A stretch of 64,000 bases of DNA from the NCBI GenBank assembly GCA_963818745.1, contig CAWFTI010000001.1, positions 156,422-220,421 of the forward strand, read 5' to 3'. The stretch is from Thermoplasmatota archaeon. Lineage in GTDB: Archaea > Thermoplasmatota > Thermoplasmata > UBA10834. Below are positions 27,447-37,303 of the stretch, piece by piece. The translations under genes and the position numbers were made by a program. Within the stretch, counting starts at the first letter, position 1; every line of letters begins with the position of its first letter. The notes below the pieces were generated by a model. That model was not told where the DNA came from, made no database searches, and saw nothing but the letters and a program-made list of their open reading frames with translations.

Positions 27447-28843
27447 CAGCCCGCACCTCCGAACACTATCGCACCCTTCTTGAGGCTCATGTGAGGACCG
27501 CCGTCGCTTGTTGGCGACGACTGCCCCATCTTGCCGCAGTAGCTCGACTCGAACCCGAAGTCCTTCCCGAGACCGTCGATGAGCGCGAGCGACTTGACGG
27601 CGATGCCGCTTATCGCGAGGTCCCTCACTGGCCTCGACACCTCCCCGTCCCGAATCTCGAAGCACTCCTGTATCCCCACCTGGAAGCTCGAGTTCGCCTC
27701 TGCCTGGCCTCCCCTCACATCGAGACACAGGTATCCGAACTTCTTGCCCTCGAACAGTTCGTCGAGGGACATCTCCCCAGGCTCGAAGTACGTGTTCCTC
27801 ATCCTGATGATCGGAGGAACGCGGTAGGATTCGGCGCGCGCGTTCCCTGTCGGCTTACGTCCCAAACGCGTGGCCCATTCCCTGTTGGTCATCTGGTCTT
27901 CGAGGAGGCCGTCCCTAATCAGGAAGACTTTCCGCGGGATCACGCCCTCGTCGTCGACCTGGATGTTCCCGAATCCGTTCGCGAGCCTCGGCGAATCGAC
28001 CATCGTCACAGACTCTGGGGCCACCTTCTTGCCTTCAGACCCAGAGAACGCCCCTGAAGAGAAGAAATCGGCCTCGGACAGATGGCCCAATGCCTCATGG
28101 GCGAGCATGCCGACGACACGGGGCGCCAGCACGCACGGGTAGGTACCCGGCTTGCAGGGGACGCCCTCCAGCTGCTGGCGGATCCTCCTGATGAGCCTGT
28201 CGCCTATCACTTCGACCGTATCCTTCTTCTCGAAGTGCTCCCATCCGCCTGCAGCTATGCCAATCTCGTCCCTCGCGGAGGCAAGCACGCCGGAATCCCT
28301 GGCGGACACCGAGGTCATGAGATAGAGCATCGACACCTCGGATTCGACGGCTGTTCCCTCCGAGGTGACGGTCACACGTGTGCCTGTGAAGTCCCTGTAG
28401 CTCGCCTTGCAGGTCGTGATCCTCGGATCGGATGCTGATATGTGCAAGCAGAGGGTCTTGAGAAAATCCGTCTTGTCCTCCGCCCTGACGTCGTCCAATG
28501 GGGTGACGGCGCGGGTTGTGAACCGCTTCTTGACGGGACGCATGTCTGCGAGAACCGACTTATCTGTCGGCGAGGCGACAGTGAGGACGGAAGAAGCTTT
28601 GGACGCCTCGACGACGGTCCCGGGAACGTCGGCCATCCTGTTCGAGACCGCGAAACCCCAGGAACCATTGTCGAGGACCCTTGCGGAATGTCCGATCTCG
28701 CCACGATTGGACACTACCTCCAATCCGGTCTCCCTCGCGTCGATGGCCATCTGAGAGATTTCCTCGGCTCTCAATTCGACATAATCGAGACCTTGGCATC
28801 GCCTACTGTCCAATGCTTTGAGAAGCGGATCCGCCAGACTCAT
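27446..28843 (-). CDS. tldD: TldD-family metalloprotease
   Basis: HEALGH zinc motif (MLAHEALGHLSEADF), GNARAESYRVPPIIRMRNTYFEPG, QAEANSSFQVGIQECFEIRDGE. I chose the start at MSLADPLLKAL (28843). Confidence 0.88.
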   Translation of the reverse strand: MSLADPLLKALDSRRCQGLDYVELRAEEISQMAIDARETGLEVVSNRGEIGHSARVLDNGSWGFAVSNRMADVPGTVVEASKASSVLTVASPTDKSVLADMRPVKKRFTTRAVTPLDDVRAEDKTDFLKTLCLHISASDPRITTCKASYRDFTGTRVTVTSEGTAVESEVSMLYLMTSVSARDSGVLASARDEIGIAAGGWEHFEKKDTVEVIGDRLIRRIRQQLEGVPCKPGTYPCVLAPRVVGMLAHEALGHLSEADFFSSGAFSGSEGKKVAPESVTMVDSPRLANGFGNIQVDDEGVIPRKVFLIRDGLLEDQMTNREWATRLGRKPTGNARAESYRVPPIIRMRNTYFEPGEMSLDELFEGKKFGYLCLDVRGGQAEANSSFQVGIQECFEIRDGEVSRPVRDLAISGIAVKSLALIDGLGKDFGFESSYCGKMGQSSPTSDGGPHMSLKKGAIVFGGAG

Positions 28844-28947
28844 CTTTCCCGAGAGGTGAGGCCACTGCTGGCACAAAAACCTATGCGAACATGCGAAAAA
28901 CGCCTGGACATGCATGATTCAATCCCGTTACCTCTGAAAGTTTTTAT

Positions 28948-29778
28948 ATGCGCCTGGCATCTGTTTTTTCCGTGAACATCTGCGTCATAGGCTGCGGAGC
29001 AATAGGAACGACCATTGCGCGTGCAGTGGACGATATGCCGCAGATCGATGTCATCTACCTTACGGACCGTTCGAAAGAGTGCGCCACAAGGCTTCAGGAG
29101 CACACGAAGAAGGTCAGGTACGTGCCGGACATCGTCCCGATCCTGAACGACATCAAGCTCGTTGCAGAGGCCGCGAGCCAGGACGCAGCGAGGTACTATG
29201 CGCCCCTGTCCTTGTCCGCTGGAGTCGATATCCTGATCATGAGCGTGGGTGTCTTCCAGGACGAAGAGTTCCAGAAGGACACTTTCCGATTGGCCAAGCG
29301 AAAAGGGGCCAAGATATTCATCCCGAGCGGCGCGATCGGAGGCATAGACGCACTGTGCGCGGCCAGTCTGGAGGGCATCGACGAGGTCACGCTGACCACG
29401 ACCAAGCCGCCGTCGGCATTCGGCCCCAACCCCTACCTGGAGTCGAAGAGCATCATCGCATCCGACCTGAGGACGCGCACCGAGCTGTTCTCGGGCTCCG
29501 CCCGGGATGCCGTGAAGCATTTCCCGCAGAACATCAACGTCGCCGCGACGATCTCCCTCGCAGGCATAGGCTTCGAGAGGACCATGATCAAGATCGTCTG
29601 CGACCCGCAGGTGAAGACGAACGAGCACCATCTGCAGGCCCGGGGGAAGTTCGGGGAGCTGGATGTCGTCACCAGGAACGTTCCGTCCCCGAGGAACCCG
29701 AAGACGAGCTACCTGGCCGCCCTCTCCGCGATCTCGGCGATAAAGAAGATCACTGGCAACGCATGGGTCGGAGTGTGA
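28948..29778 (+). CDS. nadX: L-aspartate dehydrogenase
   Basis: ICVIGCGAIGTTIA Rossmann motif, IPSGAIGGIDAL, FSGSARDAVKHFPQNINVAATISLAG, NEHHLQARGKFGEL. The start may lie a few codons downstream. Confidence 0.82.
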   Translation: MRLASVFSVNICVIGCGAIGTTIARAVDDMPQIDVIYLTDRSKECATRLQEHTKKVRYVPDIVPILNDIKLVAEAASQDAARYYAPLSLSAGVDILIMSVGVFQDEEFQKDTFRLAKRKGAKIFIPSGAIGGIDALCAASLEGIDEVTLTTTKPPSAFGPNPYLESKSIIASDLRTRTELFSGSARDAVKHFPQNINVAATISLAGIGFERTMIKIVCDPQVKTNEHHLQARGKFGELDVVTRNVPSPRNPKTSYLAALSAISAIKKITGNAWVGV

Positions 29779-29826
29779 CCGCGCCAGTTCTTTATACGCT
29801 CACCATCATTCCGTCCCCGTGATCAC

Positions 29827-30912
29827 TTGGCAACCAAGGAGAGATGGATTTTCTCATCGATGAAGACCGAGGTCGATGCCGTCGTCATCATGAACGGCGT
29901 GGAGCCCAATGTCGACAGGAGCTTCTTCTACGCGACCGGGATCCCGAACGGCCTGTTCGAGGGATGCATCGCGATCATCGAACCCCGCAAGATGGAGGTG
30001 CTGAGCTCTAACCTCGAGGAACTCAGCTCAAGGGAGGCGGGGGTCAGAACCACGGTCTTCGACAACGACAAGCACAGGACCGAGCTGCTCGCGCGGAGGC
30101 TCAAGGGGATGGACAGGATCGGGATCAACGCCCACGACCTGACGCTGAGCAACTACAGATACATCAAGAAGGCGGTCAAGAAGACGAAGCTGGTCGACGT
30201 CACCTCCGACATGGAGAACGCGCGGCTGATCAAGCAGCCTGACGAGGTGAAGAAGATCCTGAAGGCGTGCGACATCGCCACGAAGGCCGGGAAGGAGATC
30301 CCTGAGTTCGTCAGAGAAGGGGAGGCCGAGACGAGCGCCGCGGCAGAGCTGAACTACAGGATGATGAAGCTCGGTGCTACCGGACCGTCGTTCGTGACGG
30401 CGGTCGCTTTCGGCGCGAAGAGCGCAGAGCCGCACTACATGCCTATGCAGAGGCGGTTGAAGAAGGGGCAGTTCGCCTTGTTCGACTACGGGGCGGAGTA
30501 CGGAAGGTACGTTTCAGACATAACGAGGACTTTCATCTGCGGCAGCCCGAACGCGAAGCAGAAGGAGATGTACGATGTGGTGGCCGAAGCTCAGCAGGCC
30601 GCCCTGGACTCCATCCGCGCAGGGGTACACGGGAAGGACGTGGACGCGTCTGCGAGGACTGTCATCGACAAGAGCAGGTTCAAGGGAAGGTTCATACACA
30701 GCACTGGCCACGGCCTGGGCGTCTCCGTTCACGACCCTGGCTCCATATCCCCCTCGAGGGACATGGTCCTCAAGGAAGGGATGGTGCTGACCGTCGAACC
30801 AGGGACCTACATAAAGGGCTTCGGAGGAGTCCGGATAGAGGACGACGTGCTCGTGACGAAGAACGGGTGCAAGATCCTCACCCCTCTGACGAAGGAGTTC
30901 GTCAGGGTCTAG
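29827..30912 (+). CDS. M24-family Xaa-Pro peptidase
   Basis: Pita-bread metal ligands in context: FDYGAEYGRYVSDITRTF, HSTGHGLGVSVHD, VEPGTYIKGFGGVRIEDDVLVT. Confidence 0.88.
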   Translation: MATKERWIFSSMKTEVDAVVIMNGVEPNVDRSFFYATGIPNGLFEGCIAIIEPRKMEVLSSNLEELSSREAGVRTTVFDNDKHRTELLARRLKGMDRIGINAHDLTLSNYRYIKKAVKKTKLVDVTSDMENARLIKQPDEVKKILKACDIATKAGKEIPEFVREGEAETSAAAELNYRMMKLGATGPSFVTAVAFGAKSAEPHYMPMQRRLKKGQFALFDYGAEYGRYVSDITRTFICGSPNAKQKEMYDVVAEAQQAALDSIRAGVHGKDVDASARTVIDKSRFKGRFIHSTGHGLGVSVHDPGSISPSRDMVLKEGMVLTVEPGTYIKGFGGVRIEDDVLVTKNGCKILTPLTKEFVRV

Positions 30913-31292
30913 AACAGAGAGAGGATCCTCACATCGGATATCAGCCCGGCCACGGCGTCCACGATGTATATCAGCACGACCCCGACGAGGGAGACGGCGA
31001 TCGCCGCGAGCCATTCCTCGGAGACAATCAGCTCTTCGATCATGATGTACCGCACGGTGATTATGAGTATCACGAAGGCCAGGAGGAGGCCTAGGTCGCC
31101 CAAGTCGAACTCGTTCGCCGCGCTCCTGAGGACCGGGATGGCCACGACCGCGACGATCGCGACGACCAGCACCCTCAACATGTACGACCCCGAGGCTGTC
31201 CAATCGTTCCCCACTATGGCGCCGCTGACGAAGAATATCACGGTCACCAGCGCAAGAACCACGCAAAACAAGATCAGTTGTTCGATGCTCAT
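30909..31292 (-). CDS. Hypothetical integral membrane protein
   Basis: 127 aa with about four hydrophobic segments. No recognisable family. Confidence 0.5.
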   Translation of the reverse strand: MSIEQLILFCVVLALVTVIFFVSGAIVGNDWTASGSYMLRVLVVAIVAVVAIPVLRSAANEFDLGDLGLLLAFVILIITVRYIMIEELIVSEEWLAAIAVSLVGVVLIYIVDAVAGLISDVRILSLF

Positions 31293-31307
31293 CCTGTCGT
31301 CCTCCTC

Positions 31308-31904
31308 TCACTTGCCCCCGGCCCGCTTGGTCCGCGGAATGGCAAGTATCTCCCTCACCTCGAAATCGAAGAACGAGTTCGCGTGTGCGGGCATGACGAC
31401 ACATGCCGTATCGGCCCCGTAACCAGTCCCTCCGATGGCGATGACCTCGTCGCCGCAGCACGGGATGGCGCCGCTGTCGGCAGCCATAACCGATATCTCC
31501 ACGCAGACCTTCATCCCCTGACCGAACAGTGCCCGGAGGGCCTCGGCGATGGCCTCCACCCTCGAGACACCGCCCAGCTTCCTGCTTATCGACCTCTCCA
31601 GCCCAGACAGGACATGCGACGCCCTCACGATCTCCGCGCCTCTCGCCCTGATGGCTTTCTCGGTCTCCCGGGACATCTCACGCTTTCCCTCACGGTCGAA
31701 GCCCGCGTGGGAAGTCACGACGACGACCGAGACGTCCTCGCCCTCGAGCTCGTCCAACACCATCTTCGCGGTCTCTCCCCTGTTGCTCGCCACCACGACG
31801 TGCGATATCCCGCCTGCCGTCACCCTTTCGTGCACGACCTTCAGGACGGATCCGGTGTTCTTCTTCCCGGGTCCCTCGAAATACAAGATCTCAGCCCGTC
31901 TCAT
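31308..31904 (-). CDS. Pyruvate kinase C-terminal (alpha/beta) domain-like protein
   Basis: [23 protein letters not shown]...[15 protein letters not shown] resembles the stand-alone archaeal PK alpha/beta domain family. Confidence 0.5.
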   Translation of the reverse strand: MRRAEILYFEGPGKKNTGSVLKVVHERVTAGGISHVVVASNRGETAKMVLDELEGEDVSVVVVTSHAGFDREGKREMSRETEKAIRARGAEIVRASHVLSGLERSISRKLGGVSRVEAIAEALRALFGQGMKVCVEISVMAADSGAIPCCGDEVIAIGGTGYGADTACVVMPAHANSFFDFEVREILAIPRTKRAGGK

Positions 31905-32010
31905 GATCAGTCGAAGTCAATATAAGCTCATCATAATAAAAGTATGTCGCTCGCGGAGGCCCAGCCCGGGGCAACAATCCTTATCTACCCTCTTCAGGCT
32001 TATCGAACCC

Positions 32011-33019
32011 GTGGCCATATTCTTCAATGAAGAGTTCTACGGTCATATGCAGGACCCGTTCCATCCTGAATCGTCTGAAAGGCTCCGGGGGATAGTCCAG
32101 AAGCTGAGTCAGCACGGCCTGTGGAAGGACGTCGTTTCATCGAAGACGGGGATGATCGACAACCTGCTCTTGGTCCACGATGAGGACTACATCGAATTCC
32201 TCAAGACCTGCGGGGAATGCAGTCTCACGATGGATACGCGTGTCCACCACGAGACCTACGGGATCGCCGCCCTCTCCGCACAGTGCGCGATCGATGCCAG
32301 CCATGTACTCGAAGGAAGAGGGGAAGCCTTCGTTCGCGCTGACGAGGCCGCCGGGGCATCACGCAGGGCCCAACTACGGGATGGGGTTCTGCTACTTCAA
32401 CAACATATCCATAGCCGCCCGGTACCTGCTCAAGAACGGGGACCGAAGGGTCGCCATAGTCGATGCCGACGTGCATCACGGGAACGGCACGGAGCAGATA
32501 TTCGCCTCCGACCCGAAGGTCCTGTACATCTCGACCCACCAGATGGGCATATTCCCGGGAACCGGGAGCCTCGACTTCGTCGGGAAGGGAGAGGGCGAGG
32601 GATTCACGATCAACATGCCCTTTGCCGCGGGATGCGGCGACTCGACCTACGATGTCGCGTCGAGCGAAGTCATCGCCCCGATACTGGAGGATTTCAAGCC
32701 CGACGCCATCCTCGTGAGCTTCGGGGTCGACAGCCACTACAGGGACCCGCTCGCCTCCCTGAGCCTCTCGTCCGACGGGCATGTCAGGCAGGCCAGAGCC
32801 CTCATGAAGGCCTCGGAGAGGTGCGGAGGAAGGGTCACTTTCATGCTCGAGGGCGGGTACGATGTGCCGGCGCTCTCCGAGGTGGTCGCCGCGGTGATCG
32901 GCGAGATGAAGGGCGTCTCGGTGCCACTGGAGTTCACTGATATGATCGACAACAGCTGCCTCGGCAGGGGCACCATCGAACGATGCAGGCGCATCGCGTC
33001 CCAGTACTGGGACCTATAG
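32011..33019 (+). pseudogene. Histone deacetylase/acetoin-utilisation (HDAC/AcuC) family protein with one frame break
   Basis: GTG at 32011 starts VAIFFNEEFYGHMQDPFHPESSERL. The frame changes at the G4 run at 32320-32323. The second part contains FALTRPPGHHA, DADVHHGNGTE and EGGYD. Confidence 0.85.
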
Positions 33020-34171
33020 GTTCGGCTTCCTCTTCCTGAGGTCGAGCCTCTTCTCGTGCTCCCGCTTGATGCTCTTCTCGATCATGTCCAGGACCGTGTC
33101 CATCGACTTGTACAGGTCCCAGTCGGTGTGCTTCGAGTAGTACATCCCCTTCTCGGTGGTCAGCCTGGCCCCGAGGCTGTACTTACTCTTCACCCCGTCC
33201 TGGTGGTAGACCGAGGTGTGGATCGTGAACACCCTTGGGGACTCTATCCTGGCGATCCGCTGCATCGTCTTGCCGATGAGCTCGTAGAGGGTGTCATAGA
33301 CATCCGGGTCCTCGAGGTCCAATCCCGCTATCTGGACGTAGACGCCCTTCCTGGGCATCAGGCCGATGACCTGCTCCATGAGGTCCGCGTGGGATACGAC
33401 CCCGACGAGGTGGCCGCCCTCGGTCACGAAGAGGGTCGTCAGGCCCTTCTCGAGCATGACCGCCACGGCCTTCTCGACCGTGTCCTCGGGCCGTATGGAG
33501 ACAGGGGTCCTGCTCATTACGCTCCCGACCTTGACAGCCGCGGGCGCGCGGTCGCCCCTTATCTCGTTCGGGGGCTTGCCCGCCTTCGGAGCCCACAGGA
33601 CCTCCATGACCTCAGTCATGCCGATCGCCCCGACGAGCCTGTTCGCCTCATCCGTCACGGGCAGGGTCTTCTCGTTGAGGTCCTTCATCATTATCTGGGC
33701 CTTCCTCACGGTCTCTTGCTCGGAGACCGTCTGGGGTGTGCTGCTCATGAACGAGCCCACGTTCTTGCTCCTGAGCTGGTCGACCTTGGGCAGTATCCTG
33801 ATGATGTCCGTCCTTGAAACGAACCCAACCATCTTGTGGTTCCTCACGACGGGCGCTCCCCTGACCCCTGCGGACATGAGCTCCTCGGCGGCGTCCGTGA
33901 CCTTCATGTCCTCCTCGAGCCTGGGGCACGAGACCATTATGTGCTCTGCCTTGGCGGTCAGAGGGACGTTCCTCCTGGCCAGGAACGAGGAGTAGCAGAT
34001 CAGGCCGATAGGCTTGTCGCCGTCCAGAACTGGCACTTCGCGTACATGGCTCTTCTTCATCTTCGAGATGACATCAGAGACCGTGTCGCCCTTGTTGGCA
34101 GTCAATGCGGCAGCGCTCATGATGTCCTTGACCAACATCTGGCCTATTTCCGTGGCGTTCACTTCAAACAC
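33014..34171 (-). CDS. Four-CBS-domain protein with a C-terminal HPF/RaiA-like (S30AE) domain
   Basis: 385 aa with four CBS repeats in aa 1-275. The C-terminal ~105 aa (VYVQIAGLDLEDPDVYDTLYELIGKTMQRIARIESPRVFTIHTSVYH...YSLGARLTTEKGMYYSKHTDWDLYKSMDTVLDMIEKSIKREHEKR) follows the beta-alpha-beta-beta-beta-alpha pattern of HPF/YfiA. Compare ...[23 protein letters not shown] in YfiA. Confidence 0.6.
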   Translation of the reverse strand: MFEVNATEIGQMLVKDIMSAAALTANKGDTVSDVISKMKKSHVREVPVLDGDKPIGLICYSSFLARRNVPLTAKAEHIMVSCPRLEEDMKVTDAAEELMSAGVRGAPVVRNHKMVGFVSRTDIIRILPKVDQLRSKNVGSFMSSTPQTVSEQETVRKAQIMMKDLNEKTLPVTDEANRLVGAIGMTEVMEVLWAPKAGKPPNEIRGDRAPAAVKVGSVMSRTPVSIRPEDTVEKAVAVMLEKGLTTLFVTEGGHLVGVVSHADLMEQVIGLMPRKGVYVQIAGLDLEDPDVYDTLYELIGKTMQRIARIESPRVFTIHTSVYHQDGVKSKYSLGARLTTEKGMYYSKHTDWDLYKSMDTVLDMIEKSIKREHEKRLDLRKRKPNL

Positions 34172-34371
34172 ATCCGTTCTCAGACCTTCAGCACGAGCAA
34201 AACAATGCTGAAACTCATCTTTCGTTCCTATGCAGGTTCCTTATCTAAATACTTTCCATTCGGTTCGGCCCGCTGATAAGTTCGTCAAGCATTTATATCG
34301 AACGTTCATTCTGGTACAATGCAGATGCACCGTGAATGGGGCATGAGACTGACCGCATCAGGGGGGTTGGG

Positions 34372-35700
34372 ATGGTGAACGGCAATTCCAGTGATTCAGC
34401 GGGCTGCCGAAGCTCGCACGGCACGGGGAAGAACTCGGCCGATTCCGGGTCCGAGGGAGGCTCCAGGGGTTCGAGCAGGACGGCCTTCCACACGCTGGAC
34501 GACTTCGACGTCCGCGGGAAGAGGGTCCTTCTGAGGGTGGACATCAACTCGCCGGTGGACGAGAAGACCCTGCGACTCGAGGACGGGTCAAAGATACGCG
34601 GCTCTGTCCCGACGATTAGGGAGCTCATGGACCGCGGCGCGAAGGTTGTCGTGCTGGCGCACCAGGGCAGGCCGGGGGACTACGACTTCATACCGTTGAA
34701 CGAGCACGCCACGTACTTGAGCCAGTATACGGGCAAGAAGGTCAGATACGTAGATGACATCATAGGCTCCCGCGCCCAGAGGGCCATAGACGGCCTCGCG
34801 GAGGGTGAATGCATCCTGATGAAGAACGTCAGGAACCTGCCCGACGAGCAGGCCAAGAAGGCGCCCGAGGAACACGCTCGGTCGGAGCTCGTCAGACAGC
34901 TCGCCCCCAAGTTCGACCTCTTCATCAACGACGCCTTCGGGTCCTCCCACAGGGCGCATGCCTCCCTCGTGGGGTTCTCGACAGTCATGCCATCGGCCGC
35001 GGGCAGGCTCCTGGAGAGGGAGATATCCACGCTCTCGCAGGTGTTCCAGAGCCCAAAGCGGCCGTCGACCTACATCTTCGGGGGAACGAAGTTCTCGGAC
35101 GCGCTCCAGGCGATAGAGAAGCTCGCCGAGACCGACCAGGTCGATCACATACTCGTCGCAGGCTTGGCCGGATACGCGTACCTCTGGGCCCTCGGGAAGC
35201 GCATAGGGTCCAAGACCGAGGAGCACATGAAGAAAGACATGACGGTCGAGGTCGTCGAATCAGCGAGGAGACTCCACAAGAAGCACGGTGCGAAGATCGT
35301 GCTGCCAGAGGACGCGGCCATCGACGACAATGGAGCCCGCAAGGAGTTCAAGATCGACGACCTCCCCCAGGACGCCGCGGTGAAGGACATCGGGACCGCC
35401 ACGATCGCCAGGTTCACGGAGGCGATCATGGGTTCCAAGACCGTGTTCCTTTCGGGACCGCCAGGAGTCTACGAGTTGGAGGAGTTCTGCAAGGGGACGA
35501 AGGCGGTCTTCGACGCGATGATCCTATCAGGTGCTTTCTCGGTGATCGGGGGAGGGCATTCGAGCGCGGCCGCCAACAAGCTGGGCCTGCTGGACAAGTT
35601 CTCCTACGTCAGCACGGGAGGGGGCGCCCTCGAGAGGTTCATGCTAGGCAAGGAGATGCCTGTCATAGAGGCGCTCAAGGCTTCTGCGAAGAAGTTCTAG
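34372..35700 (+). CDS. pgk: Phosphoglycerate kinase
   Basis: RVLLRVDINSPVD, AHQGRPG, FGGTKFSDAL, VSTGGGALERFMLGKEMPVIEAL. The homologous core begins at FHTLDDF. The only in-frame starts are ATG 34336 and ATG 34372, which leaves an unusual Ser/Gly-rich leader of about 40 aa. Confidence 0.9.
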   Translation: MVNGNSSDSAGCRSSHGTGKNSADSGSEGGSRGSSRTAFHTLDDFDVRGKRVLLRVDINSPVDEKTLRLEDGSKIRGSVPTIRELMDRGAKVVVLAHQGRPGDYDFIPLNEHATYLSQYTGKKVRYVDDIIGSRAQRAIDGLAEGECILMKNVRNLPDEQAKKAPEEHARSELVRQLAPKFDLFINDAFGSSHRAHASLVGFSTVMPSAAGRLLEREISTLSQVFQSPKRPSTYIFGGTKFSDALQAIEKLAETDQVDHILVAGLAGYAYLWALGKRIGSKTEEHMKKDMTVEVVESARRLHKKHGAKIVLPEDAAIDDNGARKEFKIDDLPQDAAVKDIGTATIARFTEAIMGSKTVFLSGPPGVYELEEFCKGTKAVFDAMILSGAFSVIGGGHSSAAANKLGLLDKFSYVSTGGGALERFMLGKEMPVIEALKASAKKF

Positions 35701-36335
35701 CCGTACGGGAAGCCTTTCCTGCCCGCTCCGCCGAGGATGGTCCCTCCGAGGGACCTCGCCCGGATAAGGCCTCTGAGCGGCACGCCATCGATCTCGTTCA
35801 GGCTGCTCTTGTTCACGATGACCATGACGAGTATCGGCTCGCCGCCGGCATCCTTGATGTCCGTGATGGCGCCCTTGATCGTCGCTCCAGTGCTCAGGAC
35901 GTCATCCACGATGATGACCTTCCTCCCGTCGTTCACGGAGGCGAAGTTGGAGCTGAACGCACCTCCGGACTCTGACTCCGAGTGCGGGCGGTAGACGCCG
36001 AAGTCTATCCCCAGGAGCTCCGACAGCTTGGTCGCGAAGGGCACTCCGTTGATCGACACCCCGAGAACGACTTCCGCGAGCTGGCTCCGCTTCCCCAGCT
36101 CTTCCAGGACGATGTCCGCCAGGAGTTCGGACAGGAGCCCGACGCGGTATCCCGAGACGCCCACCGACCTCCATCCGATCTTGACATCCGATGGAGGAAG
36201 GCCTTCCGCGCCGTATTCTATGAGGTAATTGACAGTGTCTATCGAAAGGTGTAGCTCGTCGGCGATCTCGCGAACGCTCAGGCCCTTCTTCCTCAGAACC
36301 TTCGCATTGGCCGCCAATTCTCTGACATCAACCAT
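35697..36335 (-). CDS. HTH plus phosphoribosyltransferase-domain regulator (PyrE-like, GfcR family)
   Basis: N-terminal HTH (LRKKGLSVREIADELHLSIDTVNYLI) and a PRTase PRPP loop (VIIVDDVLSTGATI). Confidence 0.7.
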   Translation of the reverse strand: MVDVRELAANAKVLRKKGLSVREIADELHLSIDTVNYLIEYGAEGLPPSDVKIGWRSVGVSGYRVGLLSELLADIVLEELGKRSQLAEVVLGVSINGVPFATKLSELLGIDFGVYRPHSESESGGAFSSNFASVNDGRKVIIVDDVLSTGATIKGAITDIKDAGGEPILVMVIVNKSSLNEIDGVPLRGLIRARSLGGTILGGAGRKGFPYG

Positions 36336-36370
36336 TGTACCACGACGCCGAAGAGTAGCATGTTACGATA

Positions 36371-37279
36371 TTAACCTTTCTCAGGGGGTGCTGTCTCCAA
36401 GGCACCGATCATCGCGGCCAGTGCTTTGTTCAAGGGAGTGGGGATGCCTTTCACGGACCCCAGTTCGCAGACCATCCCGTTGATCTGTGCAATCTCGGTC
36501 CTGCGGCCCCGTTCGATGTCCTGAAGCATGCTAGAGCGGTTGACCGCGGTGTCCTCCGCCACGGCCCGGACCCTGGACACAAGAGGGCTCTTCTGCAGGT
36601 GGACCCCGTGAGCGCGCGCAACATCGACGCACTCCTCGACTACACCTGCCAGTAATCTGGATATCGCGGCGCTCTCGAGGAGCTCGCCGTTTGTGATCCT
36701 CAGGACCGCGGTGATCGGGTTGATGCATGAACTCACTGCCAGCTTCGCCCATATCTCCCTATCGATCTCTCGTTCCAGACGGACGGGCAGCCCGCAGCTG
36801 GAGAACGCGGATGCGATCACCCGGGCGCCCTCTTCATCGAGGTCGGAACCTATGACGGTCATACCCAATCCGGCCACACGGATGACCCCAGGCGATACCA
36901 GAGCGGCACCCATGGAGGTCGTGCCTCCGAAGGCCTGGCTGCCCTTCCATCCCCTCAGCAGCTCGAGGTTCCCGATTCCGTTCTGGAGCGTGAGAACCTT
37001 GGTGTCGGAGGTCGTCCATCCCCTGCAAGCATCGACTGCTATTGCAGTATCGTACGCCTTCGTCGTGATGATCAGAACATCCGGAGGGGATAATCGACCG
37101 ATGCTGGCGTACGCCTTCGGGTGAGATGTGAGGTCTACCTTGCCAGTGAGACGCAGTCCCGACCTCATGATGGCCGACACGTGGGCCTTTCTCCCGATGA
37201 GAGTGACCTCGTGTTCGCCTGCGAGCATGCCCCCGAGGGCGCTGCCCAAGGCACCCGCGCCAAACACACAGATGCGCAT
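36371..37279 (-). CDS. panE: 2-dehydropantoate 2-reductase
   Basis: MRICVFGAGALGSALGGMLA Rossmann motif, an ApbA/PanE-like central region, and C-terminal SSMLQDIERGRRTEI. Confidence 0.82.
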   Translation of the reverse strand: MRICVFGAGALGSALGGMLAGEHEVTLIGRKAHVSAIMRSGLRLTGKVDLTSHPKAYASIGRLSPPDVLIITTKAYDTAIAVDACRGWTTSDTKVLTLQNGIGNLELLRGWKGSQAFGGTTSMGAALVSPGVIRVAGLGMTVIGSDLDEEGARVIASAFSSCGLPVRLEREIDREIWAKLAVSSCINPITAVLRITNGELLESAAISRLLAGVVEECVDVARAHGVHLQKSPLVSRVRAVAEDTAVNRSSMLQDIERGRRTEIAQINGMVCELGSVKGIPTPLNKALAAMIGALETAPPEKG

Positions 37280-37303
37280 CAGGCATCGATGACCGCGAAC
37301 GGG

